From positions 32,001 through 96,000 of the forward strand of contig CAVPZX010000004.1 in assembly GCA_963710375.1 (NCBI GenBank): a stretch of 64,000 nt of DNA. Reading direction: 5' to 3'. Shown piece by piece: positions 38,224-47,914 of the stretch; positions within the stretch are counted from its first letter, which is position 1, and each line of letters begins with the position of its first letter. A program made the position numbers and the translations under genes. The stretch comes from Nitrospirota bacterium (GTDB lineage: Bacteria > Nitrospirota > Thermodesulfovibrionia > Thermodesulfovibrionales > Dissulfurispiraceae). The notes under the pieces were generated by a model, which saw only the letters and a list, made by a program, of their open reading frames with translations, did not search any database and had not been told where the DNA came from.

Positions 38224-40971
38224 CAAATACTTCCCCGTATATGAGCCTTCCACGTTTTTCAACTCTTCCGGAGTCCCTTCGAAGAGAATGGCGCCGCCTT
38301 TGTCACCGCCCTCGGGTCCGAGGTCTATTACCCAGTCGGCCTGTGATATAACGTCCAGATTATGTTCTATTATGACCACTGTGTTACCGTTGTTGACCAG
38401 TTTCCTGATTATTTTCATCAGCATTATCACGTCATTGTAATGCAGCCCCACAGTCGGTTCATCAAGGATATAGAGCACTCCCCTTGAATGTGGTCTTGAG
38501 TTCAACGACAGTTCAGCGCAAATTTTCAGACGCTGTGCCTCTCCACCCGAAAGTGTTGTGGCCGATTGGCCCAGCCTGAGGTAGCCGAGCCCGATATCTT
38601 TCATCAGCACGAGTTTGGATTTGATTTCCTGGACGTCGGAAAAGAACTCTATGGCGTCGTCTACCGTAATCTTCAAAATATCATTGATATTCTTCCCCCT
38701 GTAATACACGCGTAGCGCCTCGCTCTTATACCTCCTTCCCTTGCACTCCTCGCAGGTCACGAAAATATCCTCGAAGAAGTACATTTCCATCTTCTGGCAG
38801 CCTTCCCCCTTGCAGGATTCACATCTTCCTCCAGGCACATTGAAGGAGAAGTACCCGGGTGAATAGCCGTGTGCCCGGGCTTCCAGCTGCTGAGAAAATA
38901 TCTTACGCACCTGGTCGAACATCTTGAGATACGTTAAAGGATTCGAACGCGGTGTTTTCCCAATGGGGCTTTGATCAATAAGCCGTACTCCCTTGATGTC
39001 CTCAAGCCCTTTAATTTTTTTATGTGGAAGCGGCTGTTCAGGTTCGCCTCTGAAATGGCGCGCCAAAGCATGGTGCAGCGTCTCAACTATGAGGCTGCTC
39101 TTGCCTGATCCTGAAACCCCGGAAACAACAGTCAGGGATTCCAGCGGAATCCTGAGCGTGACATTCTTGAGGTTGTTGCCGGTAGCTCCGTAAAGCGTGA
39201 GAGAATAATCCCTGGTGTGCAACTGGTAGTCTTTTTCTTTCTTGCGCGGTACTGCAATGTAAGGCTTATCCATACCTCTTATATACCGTGAAGTCATAGT
39301 GTCAGACTTTAAAAATTCATTCATAGGGCCTGAAAACACTACCTCGCCGCCCATATGGCCCCCGTAAGGACCGAGTTCCACCACCCAGTCACTTGACGAA
39401 ATTATATCTTTGTCATGCTCGACAACGATGATGGTATTGCCCAGTGAGGCGAGTTCTCTCATTATTTCAGCAATCCTCCTGGTGTCCCTCGGATGCAGGC
39501 CTATAGTCGGCTCATCCAGGACATACAGAGTACCCGTAAGAGCCGATGCTAATTGATTGGACAGGTTCACCCGTTGGTACTCCCCGCCTGAAAGTGTTTT
39601 TGCCTGCCTGTTCAATGTCAGATAGTCAAGCCCTACCCGTGCGAGGAACCTTAGTTTCATGAGAATCTGCCGCACCGCTTCTTTCGCAATGTCCTTTTGC
39701 ATCGGAGAAAGCTGGAGGGATTCAAACCAGCGCAGCGCTTCTGATATCGGCATATCGGACAGACCGGCAATGTCCATACCCTCTATCTTGTAGGCCAGGG
39801 CAAGATCGCAAAGCCGCCGGCCGCCGCATTTCGGACAGGTGACCGGGCTTCTGTACCTGCTTAACAGCACTCTTACATGGAGTTTGTAGCGCTTGCCTTC
39901 CATCTCCTCAAAGAAACTGTTTAAACCGTAAAAATGCTCATTTCCTTTGAAGATAATGCTTTTTTCCTGCTTTGACAGGTTATTGAAAGACTTGGCTGTG
40001 GGTATACCGGTCTTTTTTGCGCCCTTTATCATCTGGTCCCTCCACCATTTGTATCCGGGCTTCTCCCACAGAGCTATTGCTCCACCGGCGAGTGAAAGCG
40101 TATTGTCCGGTATGATCAGGTCTTCGTCGTAAATCAGGATGTTGCCGAATCCTTTGCACTCGGGACATGCGCAGACCGGGTGATTGAATGAAAACAGCAT
40201 CGGTGTCGGTTCGGGAAGGGAAACAGCACAATCGTCGCAGGTATTGTTCGAAGAGAACCGCAACGTTATTTCGCTTGCTGTGTCGTGTGCCCTTAATACT
40301 ATCACCTTGACCTTTTCTCTGCCTTCTTTCCATGCCATTTCTATCGAATCAGACAGCCTGGGCTCGTCTCTTAGCGCAAGCCGGTCAAGAACAACTTCGA
40401 TTGTCCCGGAGGCTTCTTTCGGTAGGTCTGTTATGTCGATAGCTTCTCCATTGGACCAGACTCTGTGGAACCCCCTTTGCCGCAGGGTCTCAGGCGGCTC
40501 AGACGTTTCAAAAATAATAAGCGCCCTCCCATTCTGATATTTCTCGAGCAGTTCGGAAGTGATTTGGGATGTGTCCCACCTCCGTATCTCTTTGCCGCAT
40601 TGCGGGCAATACGGAATGGCAATCCTGGAATACAAGATCCTGAACAAATCGTACAGTTCTGTAAGCGTACCCACTGTAGAACGGGAGCCTCTGACAGGGT
40701 TTTTCTGTTCAAGCGCTACAGCAGGCCTTATATTGTGGATTGCATCGACATCAGGCCTGTCGAGTTTCTCAAGGAACAGCCGCGCATAGGTTGAGAGCGA
40801 CTCGATAAATCTCCATTGACCCTCTGCAAAAATGGTATCGAATGCCAGGGAGGACTTCCCGGAGCCTGAAACGCCTGTGACGGCAATAATCTGGTTGTGG
40901 GGAAGCCTGAGGTTTATATCCTTAAGGTTATTCTGTCTGGCGCCTTCAATTATCAAATCAAGATTTGACAT
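38206..40971 (-). CDS. uvrA: Excinuclease ABC subunit A
   Basis: Two ABC modules (GVSGSGKSS x2, LSGGE x2, LDEPT x2) and zinc fingers. Confidence 0.93.
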   Translation of the reverse strand: MSNLDLIIEGARQNNLKDINLRLPHNQIIAVTGVSGSGKSSLAFDTIFAEGQWRFIESLSTYARLFLEKLDRPDVDAIHNIRPAVALEQKNPVRGSRSTVGTLTELYDLFRILYSRIAIPYCPQCGKEIRRWDTSQITSELLEKYQNGRALIIFETSEPPETLRQRGFHRVWSNGEAIDITDLPKEASGTIEVVLDRLALRDEPRLSDSIEMAWKEGREKVKVIVLRAHDTASEITLRFSSNNTCDDCAVSLPEPTPMLFSFNHPVCACPECKGFGNILIYDEDLIIPDNTLSLAGGAIALWEKPGYKWWRDQMIKGAKKTGIPTAKSFNNLSKQEKSIIFKGNEHFYGLNSFFEEMEGKRYKLHVRVLLSRYRSPVTCPKCGGRRLCDLALAYKIEGMDIAGLSDMPISEALRWFESLQLSPMQKDIAKEAVRQILMKLRFLARVGLDYLTLNRQAKTLSGGEYQRVNLSNQLASALTGTLYVLDEPTIGLHPRDTRRIAEIMRELASLGNTIIVVEHDKDIISSSDWVVELGPYGGHMGGEVVFSGPMNEFLKSDTMTSRYIRGMDKPYIAVPRKKEKDYQLHTRDYSLTLYGATGNNLKNVTLRIPLESLTVVSGVSGSGKSSLIVETLHHALARHFRGEPEQPLPHKKIKGLEDIKGVRLIDQSPIGKTPRSNPLTYLKMFDQVRKIFSQQLEARAHGYSPGYFSFNVPGGRCESCKGEGCQKMEMYFFEDIFVTCEECKGRRYKSEALRVYYRGKNINDILKITVDDAIEFFSDVQEIKSKLVLMKDIGLGYLRLGQSATTLSGGEAQRLKICAELSLNSRPHSRGVLYILDEPTVGLHYNDVIMLMKIIRKLVNNGNTVVIIEHNLDVISQADWVIDLGPEGGDKGGAILFEGTPEELKNVEGSYTGKYLELANK

Positions 40972-41022
40972 CTTTATATATTAACATTTTACCTGCAAAT
41001 GGAAGAAGGCTCAGGCATGGTT

Positions 41023-41193
41023 GGTAGCGGGTCAGTTTGTTTTTTCTCCGTATCAATTAGCCGTTCAATTCAATCACTGGCCTGTATTTGAGCATTATCT
41101 GTTGTCGCCATTTCTGGACATGTGGGCTCGGCGTTACTCGCCCACTGCTGAGAACCCAAGTGATACAGAGTAAAAACAAACTGACCCACTACC
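41023..41193. repeat. Palindromic MITE-like element, family A copy 1
   Basis: Terminal inverted repeats ggtagcgggtcagtttgttttt...aaaaacaaactgacccactacc; near-identical to 44201-44380. Confidence 0.88.
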
Positions 41194-41266
41194 GCATAGT
41201 TTGTTATTTAAATCTCGATAAGCAGGGTATTGGCAGGGGCAGCATCCTCTTTGAGGGTGTATCTAT

Positions 41267-43480
41267 TTATTCATGAGCCCTTACATGCAATAAAAACTGT
41301 TCTAGTTCTCTTACCGAGTCCGGATTATTGTATAAAACACCATTTCTTTCAAGTATCTTATCACTTATCTGTTTTTTCCATTCCTCATCATTGGCAAGTC
41401 GCACCGCCCGTTGAATATATTGCTCGCTGTCTTTACAGACCAGGTCCATGACACCCATTTTCTTGTAGTAGGCGTAAGTAAAACGGCTTGCCATCCTGCT
41501 GCCGGGCCATGTTACTATCGGACAACCAAATGAAAACACTTCCAGGCTGGTTGTGCCGCCGCAAAAATGAGGGGTATCCAATACCGCATCTGCACTGCTT
41601 ATAAAACTGAGAAAGTCATTAAAATAAAGATGCGGCAAGAAAATTATCCGCTCCGTCACATCCGGAATTGATTGACGGAATCTATCCATAAGCAACTTGC
41701 GCAGGGCCTTCTGTGTGGCTTCGAATAAAATCAGCAAGCCATTTCTGTCACGTCGTAAAATCTCACCTAAGACAGCATCAAAATCCGGATGGAATTTAAA
41801 TAAGGCTTGAGGCACAACATAAAGTCTTCTCTTGTCCGGCAAGCCTACTATTCTTCTAACCTCTCGAGTGCCGGTTAATTCAACGGCATCTGGACGATAA
41901 AAATAGTTCGGTATATTTTTCATTCTAACCAGAGGTTCTGAATATTCAGTTTCAGAGTCCTCTGTTTCAAAATCTTCACAGGATATGAAGTAATCTAAAT
42001 TGGGTATCCCTGTCGTATCGGGGTGCCCCCATGTAACACACTGCACCGGCGCCAATCTCGAGAAAGCAAGAAAATAAGTCAGCGGGTCCATTCCGATGTC
42101 CGTATAAAAAAGTATATCCAGCTCGCACTCAGCGATCTGCTTTCGGGCCATTTCCAGTGCAGGCACAAGCTTCACCGATATGTCAGCATTTTCTTCTATG
42201 AATTGTGCAATGGCGTCAGTTTTCTGTTTACCAAAAAAAACATAAACTTCAAATAATTCACGGGACATGTTTGCGATAACACCCCTGAAATGTTTGCCGA
42301 TTGCAATATTATAAAAATCGCTCGAAATAAAGCCGAGCTTGATTTTTCCAGGCCTCGCAACTTCTTTGCTGTTTTTGCAGTGGGGCGAGACATAAAGCAA
42401 AGAGGGGCAAGCAGTCATATAAAGTTTAGCTATTTTAACCTGCAAGTCCCGGTTGTTGATTCCATGATAGGCCAGGTAAAAATTAGTTTGACCAACATCC
42501 TTAAGAGGATCATTCAAAATATTTCCGGATCGGAGGAAATCCTCTAAGGAATTGTCTAACTGTCTGCGATAGAGTGAGATATTATCTTTGGCAGGCATAA
42601 TTGCAGGCAGCAATGTAGCTAATTTTATTCTGATGCCGTAGTTGTCCTTTAACTCAAGCGCCTTCTGATAGCAAGCTTTAGCTTCCTCAAATTTTCCCAC
42701 CTTGTTGAGAACGTTGCCCAGATTGTTATATGCCTCATGATAATCAGGTTTCAAGGCTATGGCGCGGTTGAAATGGGCAATTGCTTCATCCAGCTTCCCC
42801 TGCTCTTTAAGCGCATTGCCCAAATTGTTGTACGCTTTATAAAAATCAGATTTCAAGGCTATGGCGTTGTTGAAATGGGCGATTGCTTCATCCAATTCCC
42901 CCTGCTCCAGCAATGTTACGCCAAGGTTGTTATGAGCAGCATGATAATCAGGTTTCAGGGCTATGGCGCGGTTAAAATGGACAATTGCTTCATCCAGCTT
43001 TCCCTGCTCTTTAAGCGCATTGCCCAAATTGTTGTGCGCTTGGTAAAAATCAGGGTTCAAGGCTATGGCGTTGTTGAAATGGGCGATTGCTTCATCCGAT
43101 TTCCCCTGCTCCAGCAATGTCACGCCAAGGTTGTTATGAGCCTCATGATAATCAGGTTTCAGGGCTATGGCACGGTTGTAACATGATGTTGCGACATCAG
43201 GCTTATTGAGAGCATGATATATATTTCCGGCAGTATTATGGTACGAAAAAACTGTATTATTTATGCCTATCGCTTTTTCAATTAAATAGACTGCCGCTTC
43301 GTTTTTCCCCATTTGATGCGCAACAAGACCGAGTAAATGTAAAGCATCCGTATTGCCGGGATCTATGCGCAATATCTGCTCGCAAATCGGCACAGACTGT
43401 TTAAGCTCTCCCGCCTGATAGAATTTGAATGCCTTTTGTATGGCGGCAAAAATATTTAAGGACTCATTAGCATTATTCAT
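41267..43480 (-). CDS. TPR-repeat O-GlcNAc transferase/SPINDLY-like (GT41) protein
   Basis: Multiple TPRs; KIKLGFISSDF, RLAPVQCVTWGHPDTTG, FKFHP, LDTPHFCGGTTSLE. Confidence 0.85.
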   Translation of the reverse strand: MNNANESLNIFAAIQKAFKFYQAGELKQSVPICEQILRIDPGNTDALHLLGLVAHQMGKNEAAVYLIEKAIGINNTVFSYHNTAGNIYHALNKPDVATSCYNRAIALKPDYHEAHNNLGVTLLEQGKSDEAIAHFNNAIALNPDFYQAHNNLGNALKEQGKLDEAIVHFNRAIALKPDYHAAHNNLGVTLLEQGELDEAIAHFNNAIALKSDFYKAYNNLGNALKEQGKLDEAIAHFNRAIALKPDYHEAYNNLGNVLNKVGKFEEAKACYQKALELKDNYGIRIKLATLLPAIMPAKDNISLYRRQLDNSLEDFLRSGNILNDPLKDVGQTNFYLAYHGINNRDLQVKIAKLYMTACPSLLYVSPHCKNSKEVARPGKIKLGFISSDFYNIAIGKHFRGVIANMSRELFEVYVFFGKQKTDAIAQFIEENADISVKLVPALEMARKQIAECELDILFYTDIGMDPLTYFLAFSRLAPVQCVTWGHPDTTGIPNLDYFISCEDFETEDSETEYSEPLVRMKNIPNYFYRPDAVELTGTREVRRIVGLPDKRRLYVVPQALFKFHPDFDAVLGEILRRDRNGLLILFEATQKALRKLLMDRFRQSIPDVTERIIFLPHLYFNDFLSFISSADAVLDTPHFCGGTTSLEVFSFGCPIVTWPGSRMASRFTYAYYKKMGVMDLVCKDSEQYIQRAVRLANDEEWKKQISDKILERNGVLYNNPDSVRELEQFLLHVRAHE
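42732..43178. repeat. Intragenic 204-bp tandem duplication (two-TPR unit, about 2.2 copies)
   Basis: Units start at 42732, 42936 and 43140 with high nucleotide identity. Confidence 0.85.
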
Positions 43481-43605
43481 TTATCAATTGATAATACAGA
43501 GAGAACATATAAATAGGAGAAAGGGTCTAAGGGTGAGTCGATGCAAAAGACTTGTCTCCGATTCACCCTATCCCCGATGCATCAGTATGCCGGCCATCAT
43601 TCTGT

Positions 43606-44094
43606 TTATTCAGCTTTTACAGGGATCTTCTTTGTTTCCGCCACGGCCTTAGCTGTTTTTGGAAGTGTTATGTTGAGCACGCCTTTCTTGAATTTGGCCT
43701 CGACTTTATCTGTTTCTACTTCAACGGGAACCGGAATGGTCCTGCTGAAAGAGCCATAGGAGCGTTCCATGCGGTAATATCCCTTGCCTTTGTCCTCTTT
43801 CTCCTCTTTTTTCTCGCCCCTGATAGACAGGCTGTCCTTGTTCAAAGACACTTCTATGTCCTTTTCTTCCATACCTGGCAATTCAGCTGAAATCCTGATT
43901 TCCTTGTCATTTTCAACAACATCAATATTCGGGCTAAAAACGCCGAGCCGCGATTCAAAGGGCTGAAGATCGAATCCATGCAAGAAATCCTCAAATATGT
44001 CGTCCATACGTCTTTTAATAAGAGCAAAAGGATCGGCCTCGTCACGTTTCACCGGCAAACTCTTGCTTCCAGGGACAATGTCTTTCAATGCCAT
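43606..44094 (-). CDS. Hsp20/alpha-crystallin small heat-shock protein
   Basis: AELPG, ERSYGSFSRTI, GVLNITLPK. Confidence 0.93.
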   Translation of the reverse strand: MALKDIVPGSKSLPVKRDEADPFALIKRRMDDIFEDFLHGFDLQPFESRLGVFSPNIDVVENDKEIRISAELPGMEEKDIEVSLNKDSLSIRGEKKEEKEDKGKGYYRMERSYGSFSRTIPVPVEVETDKVEAKFKKGVLNITLPKTAKAVAETKKIPVKAE

Positions 44095-44127
44095 GGTAAT
44101 TGCCTCCTTTTTGGGATTGTTGATTCA

Positions 44128-44154
44128 TTAGCACTAACTGAAGGAGAGTACTAA
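44128..44154. promoter_or_regulatory. CIRCE element (HrcA operator) upstream of hsp20
   Basis: TTAGCACTA-N9-GAGTACTAA versus consensus TTAGCACTC-N9-GAGTGCTAA; minus-strand TTGACA at 44190-44185. Confidence 0.8.
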
Positions 44155-44200
44155 TAGATAACTTTTATCACAACCTCGCGGACTTGTCAACCGTTTCATC

Positions 44201-44380
44201 ATGATGGTAGTGGGTCAGTTTGTTTTTACTCTGTATCAATTAGCCGTTAAATTCAATCACTGGCCTGTATTGAGCATTATCTGTGGTCGCCATTTCTAGA
44301 CATGTGGGCTGGACGTTACCAGCCCACTACTGAGAACCCAGGTGATACAGAGTAAAAACAAACTGACCCACTACCATCAT
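44201..44380. repeat. Palindromic MITE-like element, family A copy 2
   Basis: Perfect 38-bp inverted repeat 44201-44238 / 44343-44380. Confidence 0.9.
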
Positions 44381-44384
44381 TCTT

Positions 44385-45902
44385 TCAGGATTTCAGTATC
44401 ATCTGGTTTGTCGATGAACGCGTTTCTCCTATGGAAGTAACGCGTACTGCGGGATAATCATGGATAGGACACTTATTTTCGCAGATTCCGCAGCCTATGC
44501 AAAGATTGGGATCTATGCGGGGCAGCTTCAATATTTTCTTTGCTCCATCTCTGAGTTGCATTTCAACGCTTTGAAACCAAATCGCCTTTGGAGATGTGGG
44601 ACAGACCTCTTCGCAAACGATGCAGTCTATATTCATTGCCCAGGGAAGGCACCTGCCCCTGTCGTAGAATGCTGTGCCTATCTTGAGCGGTTTCTGTCCC
44701 GCAGCCTTTCCTAATTTTTTTTCCACCGTAAGCGGGGTGATAGCACCCGTCGGACATACGTGACTGCAGAGCACACAGTTATATTCACAATACCCTATAT
44801 TGTTAATGAGTACCGGAGTCCAGATACCTTCAAACCCTGCCTCCAGCAGCGCCGGTTGGATCGCATTGGTGGGACAGACCTTCATACACTCGCCGCACTT
44901 AATGCATCTCCGCAGAAAATCCACTTCCTTGATAGAACCGGGAGGTCTTATCACACGGTATTGGGGCGAAGTTTTTGAAGTTATGGTACTACTCATTACA
45001 GGGAAAACAAGCGCTCCTGCAACGGCACTTTCGATTAGTCTGCGCCTGCTCACGTCAAGGGGCATGTGCACGGAACTTGAGATGCTGGAAAGGCCGTAAT
45101 GAATTGCGTCTTCAGGACAGTCCTCAATACAGTTCATGCATAGATGGCATTCGGTAGTCCGTACGGCTGTATGAGGATCACACCCGCCGTGGCAGTGTGC
45201 AAGGCATTTCTTGCAGTCGGTGCAGCGGTCTACATCGCGCCATATACTGAATAGCGGTCTGAAGGAGAGCAGCCCTAAAAGCGCGCCCAGGGGGCATACC
45301 GCGCGGCACCAAAAACGGGGCAGGAACCTGTTTGCAAAAAGGACCGCGAGAAAGATCATTCCAAGAAATGTTCCTCCATGGAAAAGTGGCTGTTTGAGGT
45401 AGAGCCAGCCGCTGTTGTGATTGAGTCCGGGGAATACCGATACAGCAAAAGACCTTGTGATGAGAGGGATGGGATCAAACAGCCCTATCTGGAGGGAACC
45501 GAAAGCCGCAAGGACTCCCAGGACAGCGAGAATATAATATTTGAGACGGTAAAGTGGGCGATAGGAATTGAGCGCCACGGTATCAACCGCCCTTAATTTA
45601 TTGAAAACACTTCCGGCAACCTGATTGATAACCCCCAAAGGGCATATCCAGGAACAGAAGAAACGGCCGAAGAAGAGAGTGCCGATGATAATAAAGAGCG
45701 AAAGGGCAAGTCCCTTGTAGATGGTCCAACTCGTCAAAAAAGATGCTAATGCAACAAGAGGGTCCAGTTCAAGAAACAGCGGCGTCTCATAACCTTTCAA
45801 GCGCCTGAAGCCTGTAACCCAGAGCAGGAGTACAAAGAGCAGAATGAAAAAAACCGCGTAGATTCTTCTGATATTCCTGAGAGTAAGGAGCCCTGCTTTC
45901 AT
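44385..45902 (-). CDS. Membrane polyferredoxin (NapH/MauN-like fused to NapG/MauM-like domain)
   Basis: GRFFCSWICPLG, RFWCRAVCPLG, RPPG and multiple CxxCxxCxxxCP motifs. Confidence 0.85.
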   Translation of the reverse strand: MKAGLLTLRNIRRIYAVFFILLFVLLLWVTGFRRLKGYETPLFLELDPLVALASFLTSWTIYKGLALSLFIIIGTLFFGRFFCSWICPLGVINQVAGSVFNKLRAVDTVALNSYRPLYRLKYYILAVLGVLAAFGSLQIGLFDPIPLITRSFAVSVFPGLNHNSGWLYLKQPLFHGGTFLGMIFLAVLFANRFLPRFWCRAVCPLGALLGLLSFRPLFSIWRDVDRCTDCKKCLAHCHGGCDPHTAVRTTECHLCMNCIEDCPEDAIHYGLSSISSSVHMPLDVSRRRLIESAVAGALVFPVMSSTITSKTSPQYRVIRPPGSIKEVDFLRRCIKCGECMKVCPTNAIQPALLEAGFEGIWTPVLINNIGYCEYNCVLCSHVCPTGAITPLTVEKKLGKAAGQKPLKIGTAFYDRGRCLPWAMNIDCIVCEEVCPTSPKAIWFQSVEMQLRDGAKKILKLPRIDPNLCIGCGICENKCPIHDYPAVRVTSIGETRSSTNQMILKS

Positions 45903-46891
45903 ACGTTTATTTCAGCAACGTTGAGGGATTTCCATTCAGAAATCCCAATGCCTCTTTTCTCCGCCATCCAGATAAAAGGTATGTCCTCGACCCGCAGGTC
46001 GAGAAATCTGAGACCGTATGCTTCCACTGCCACAATATCAATTCCCGCGATAACCGTATTCTGGATGGATACGTCTGACAGATTCCCGCCGGTAGGACCG
46101 TTTCTCATGAGCACTCGCGTGGCATCCATGACCGTCAGCGTTGGCCTGATAGCGGAGGCAAGATCAGCGATTGCTGTGTTTATGTCCTGGTGCAGGCGGT
46201 TCCTCTGGCCTCCGAGAGAACCGTAAAGGTTTTTCATCGCCATCGTACATTTGCTCAAAGAGTGCTGTTTCACTATCGGCAGGTTAATAACCTTGTCTGC
46301 CTCGTGATAGAAGCGGCTCACAGGCCATACTTTGAGGGCTTCGCCTTTCAGATCAGTCGGCACAAAGTCATTCTCGGCAGCCAATCTGATCTTTCCGCCG
46401 GCTCTTTTTACACCATCCTCTATACCGGAGCGGGCAAAACACCGGTCAGGATTGTTCACAGAAACATCAGTTACCCAGACCTCGGCAGCCCGTGCCTCAA
46501 GGCAGAGCTTTACTACAGCAGCCACAACAGCCGGATTGGTGTTTGCGGCCTGTTCCGGCTGTCTGTCCCAGGCAGCGTTCGGCTTCAGCAAAACCTTTTC
46601 GCCAGGGCTTACAAAGCGGCCTATGCCGCCGATTCTATCTATGGCAGCCCGAACCATCTTGTCAGCATCTTTGCCCCTTGCCACCGCCAGCTGAGGATAA
46701 ATCTTTTTCTCTTCGACGCGGTAGTCCCTGAAGGTATATATCTTTGAATCGCTCCTTCGCACCGGCTCTTTACTATAAAAAACATACCCCCATGCTCCGG
46801 CAACTGCCGATAGTCCACAGGCGGCAGCAGTCCTCAACAGAAACTGTCTTCTGCTGTACCCCGCTTCTTTTTTGTTAAACTTCGACGTCAT
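45899..46891 (-). CDS. DUF362-family protein with twin-arginine signal
   Basis: SRRQFL; VLLKPN, NTNP, INLP.VKQH, MKNLYG. Confidence 0.82.
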   Translation of the reverse strand: MTSKFNKKEAGYSRRQFLLRTAAACGLSAVAGAWGYVFYSKEPVRRSDSKIYTFRDYRVEEKKIYPQLAVARGKDADKMVRAAIDRIGGIGRFVSPGEKVLLKPNAAWDRQPEQAANTNPAVVAAVVKLCLEARAAEVWVTDVSVNNPDRCFARSGIEDGVKRAGGKIRLAAENDFVPTDLKGEALKVWPVSRFYHEADKVINLPIVKQHSLSKCTMAMKNLYGSLGGQRNRLHQDINTAIADLASAIRPTLTVMDATRVLMRNGPTGGNLSDVSIQNTVIAGIDIVAVEAYGLRFLDLRVEDIPFIWMAEKRGIGISEWKSLNVAEINV

Positions 46892-46912
46892 AGTATGACC
46901 TCAACGGTTTCT

Positions 46913-47914
46913 TTATTGTTTCACTTTTGCAAAGAATTTCAATGTCCCCTCATCATCGGTCCCAAACAGACCGAAAATCGCACTTTTACCAGGAATCAGA
47001 AACCAGTTGCCCTCATATTTATCTATTACCCTATACGCTTCAATTCCATCTTGTTCGGTCCTCTCATACCTTATGCCGGAATTCTTGAAGTAGTCCATAA
47101 AAGACGCCAAAAGCGACTTCATTTCTTTATCGCTGCCTGTCATGAGCGCCACAGTGATCTTTTTCCCTCCTGTAGAGTACACGCGCTCAATCACGTTATG
47201 GAGGAAATCGAGACCCCGGTAGCTTTCCTTTACAAACCTCGTCTTTTCAACTTTCCCAAGGTCCGGGAATCTGGAGAAGACTTTGTTAAAGGTATCCTGT
47301 CCCGGCGAGAGCGTGTTGCTGAATTCCTTCGCAAATTTAAGCGCAGGGGCCTTTGGATTGTAGGCGTTGACCTTCACGTAATAGCGGCCCTTAATGAAGT
47401 TCACACCTCCAGAGGTCTTGAATCCCATTGTACCCACAGAAACTGCCTGCGAATTATCTCCGGACTCATCTACGAGAACGCCAAAAGCCTGTATGCCTTT
47501 ACCCATGTCATATGTCTCAACCTGTATATCAGGCTGTGAAGTCTTAGATCCTGCCGTGTCATACTCGGTTACTGTAAGCCCCATAAATCCCGCTCCGATA
47601 AAATACTCAGCATGGCCGTCAACGTGCTCGTAGAGATTCTCCTTAGTGTAATGGTTCTCCTCACCCAACAGACGGAAACCCGTAATCTCCGGACTCCCGG
47701 TTTTTGGGTTGGGAATCTCTTTCACAACTTCAGCAGAGATGGTCTTGTCCGCTGGCTGAGGTGGTGAGTTTGCTGCCTGTGGCAGCGTACCCTCGGTCGT
47801 CTTAAAGTCAATCAGGGCGTGGTCATAACTTTGACCCCTGACGTAGAGGATTGCTGCTATGCACGGAAGCAGCCCAAGCAGGACAAGACGGTATATAAGC
47901 GGAACGGAACGCAT
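46913..47914 (-). CDS. Membrane-anchored periplasmic protein (DUF6599-like)
   Basis: N-terminal TM; ENLYEHVDGHAEYF, DMG...QAFG, FIKGRYYV. Confidence 0.6.
   Translation of the reverse strand: MRSVPLIYRLVLLGLLPCIAAILYVRGQSYDHALIDFKTTEGTLPQAANSPPQPADKTISAEVVKEIPNPKTGSPEITGFRLLGEENHYTKENLYEHVDGHAEYFIGAGFMGLTVTEYDTAGSKTSQPDIQVETYDMGKGIQAFGVLVDESGDNSQAVSVGTMGFKTSGGVNFIKGRYYVKVNAYNPKAPALKFAKEFSNTLSPGQDTFNKVFSRFPDLGKVEKTRFVKESYRGLDFLHNVIERVYSTGGKKITVALMTGSDKEMKSLLASFMDYFKNSGIRYERTEQDGIEAYRVIDKYEGNWFLIPGKSAIFGLFGTDDEGTLKFFAKVKQ

Noticed and set aside
42732..43178. Regularly spaced repeats resembling a CRISPR array
   Set aside because: In-frame 102/204-bp TPR coding repeats with no unique spacers and no cas genes
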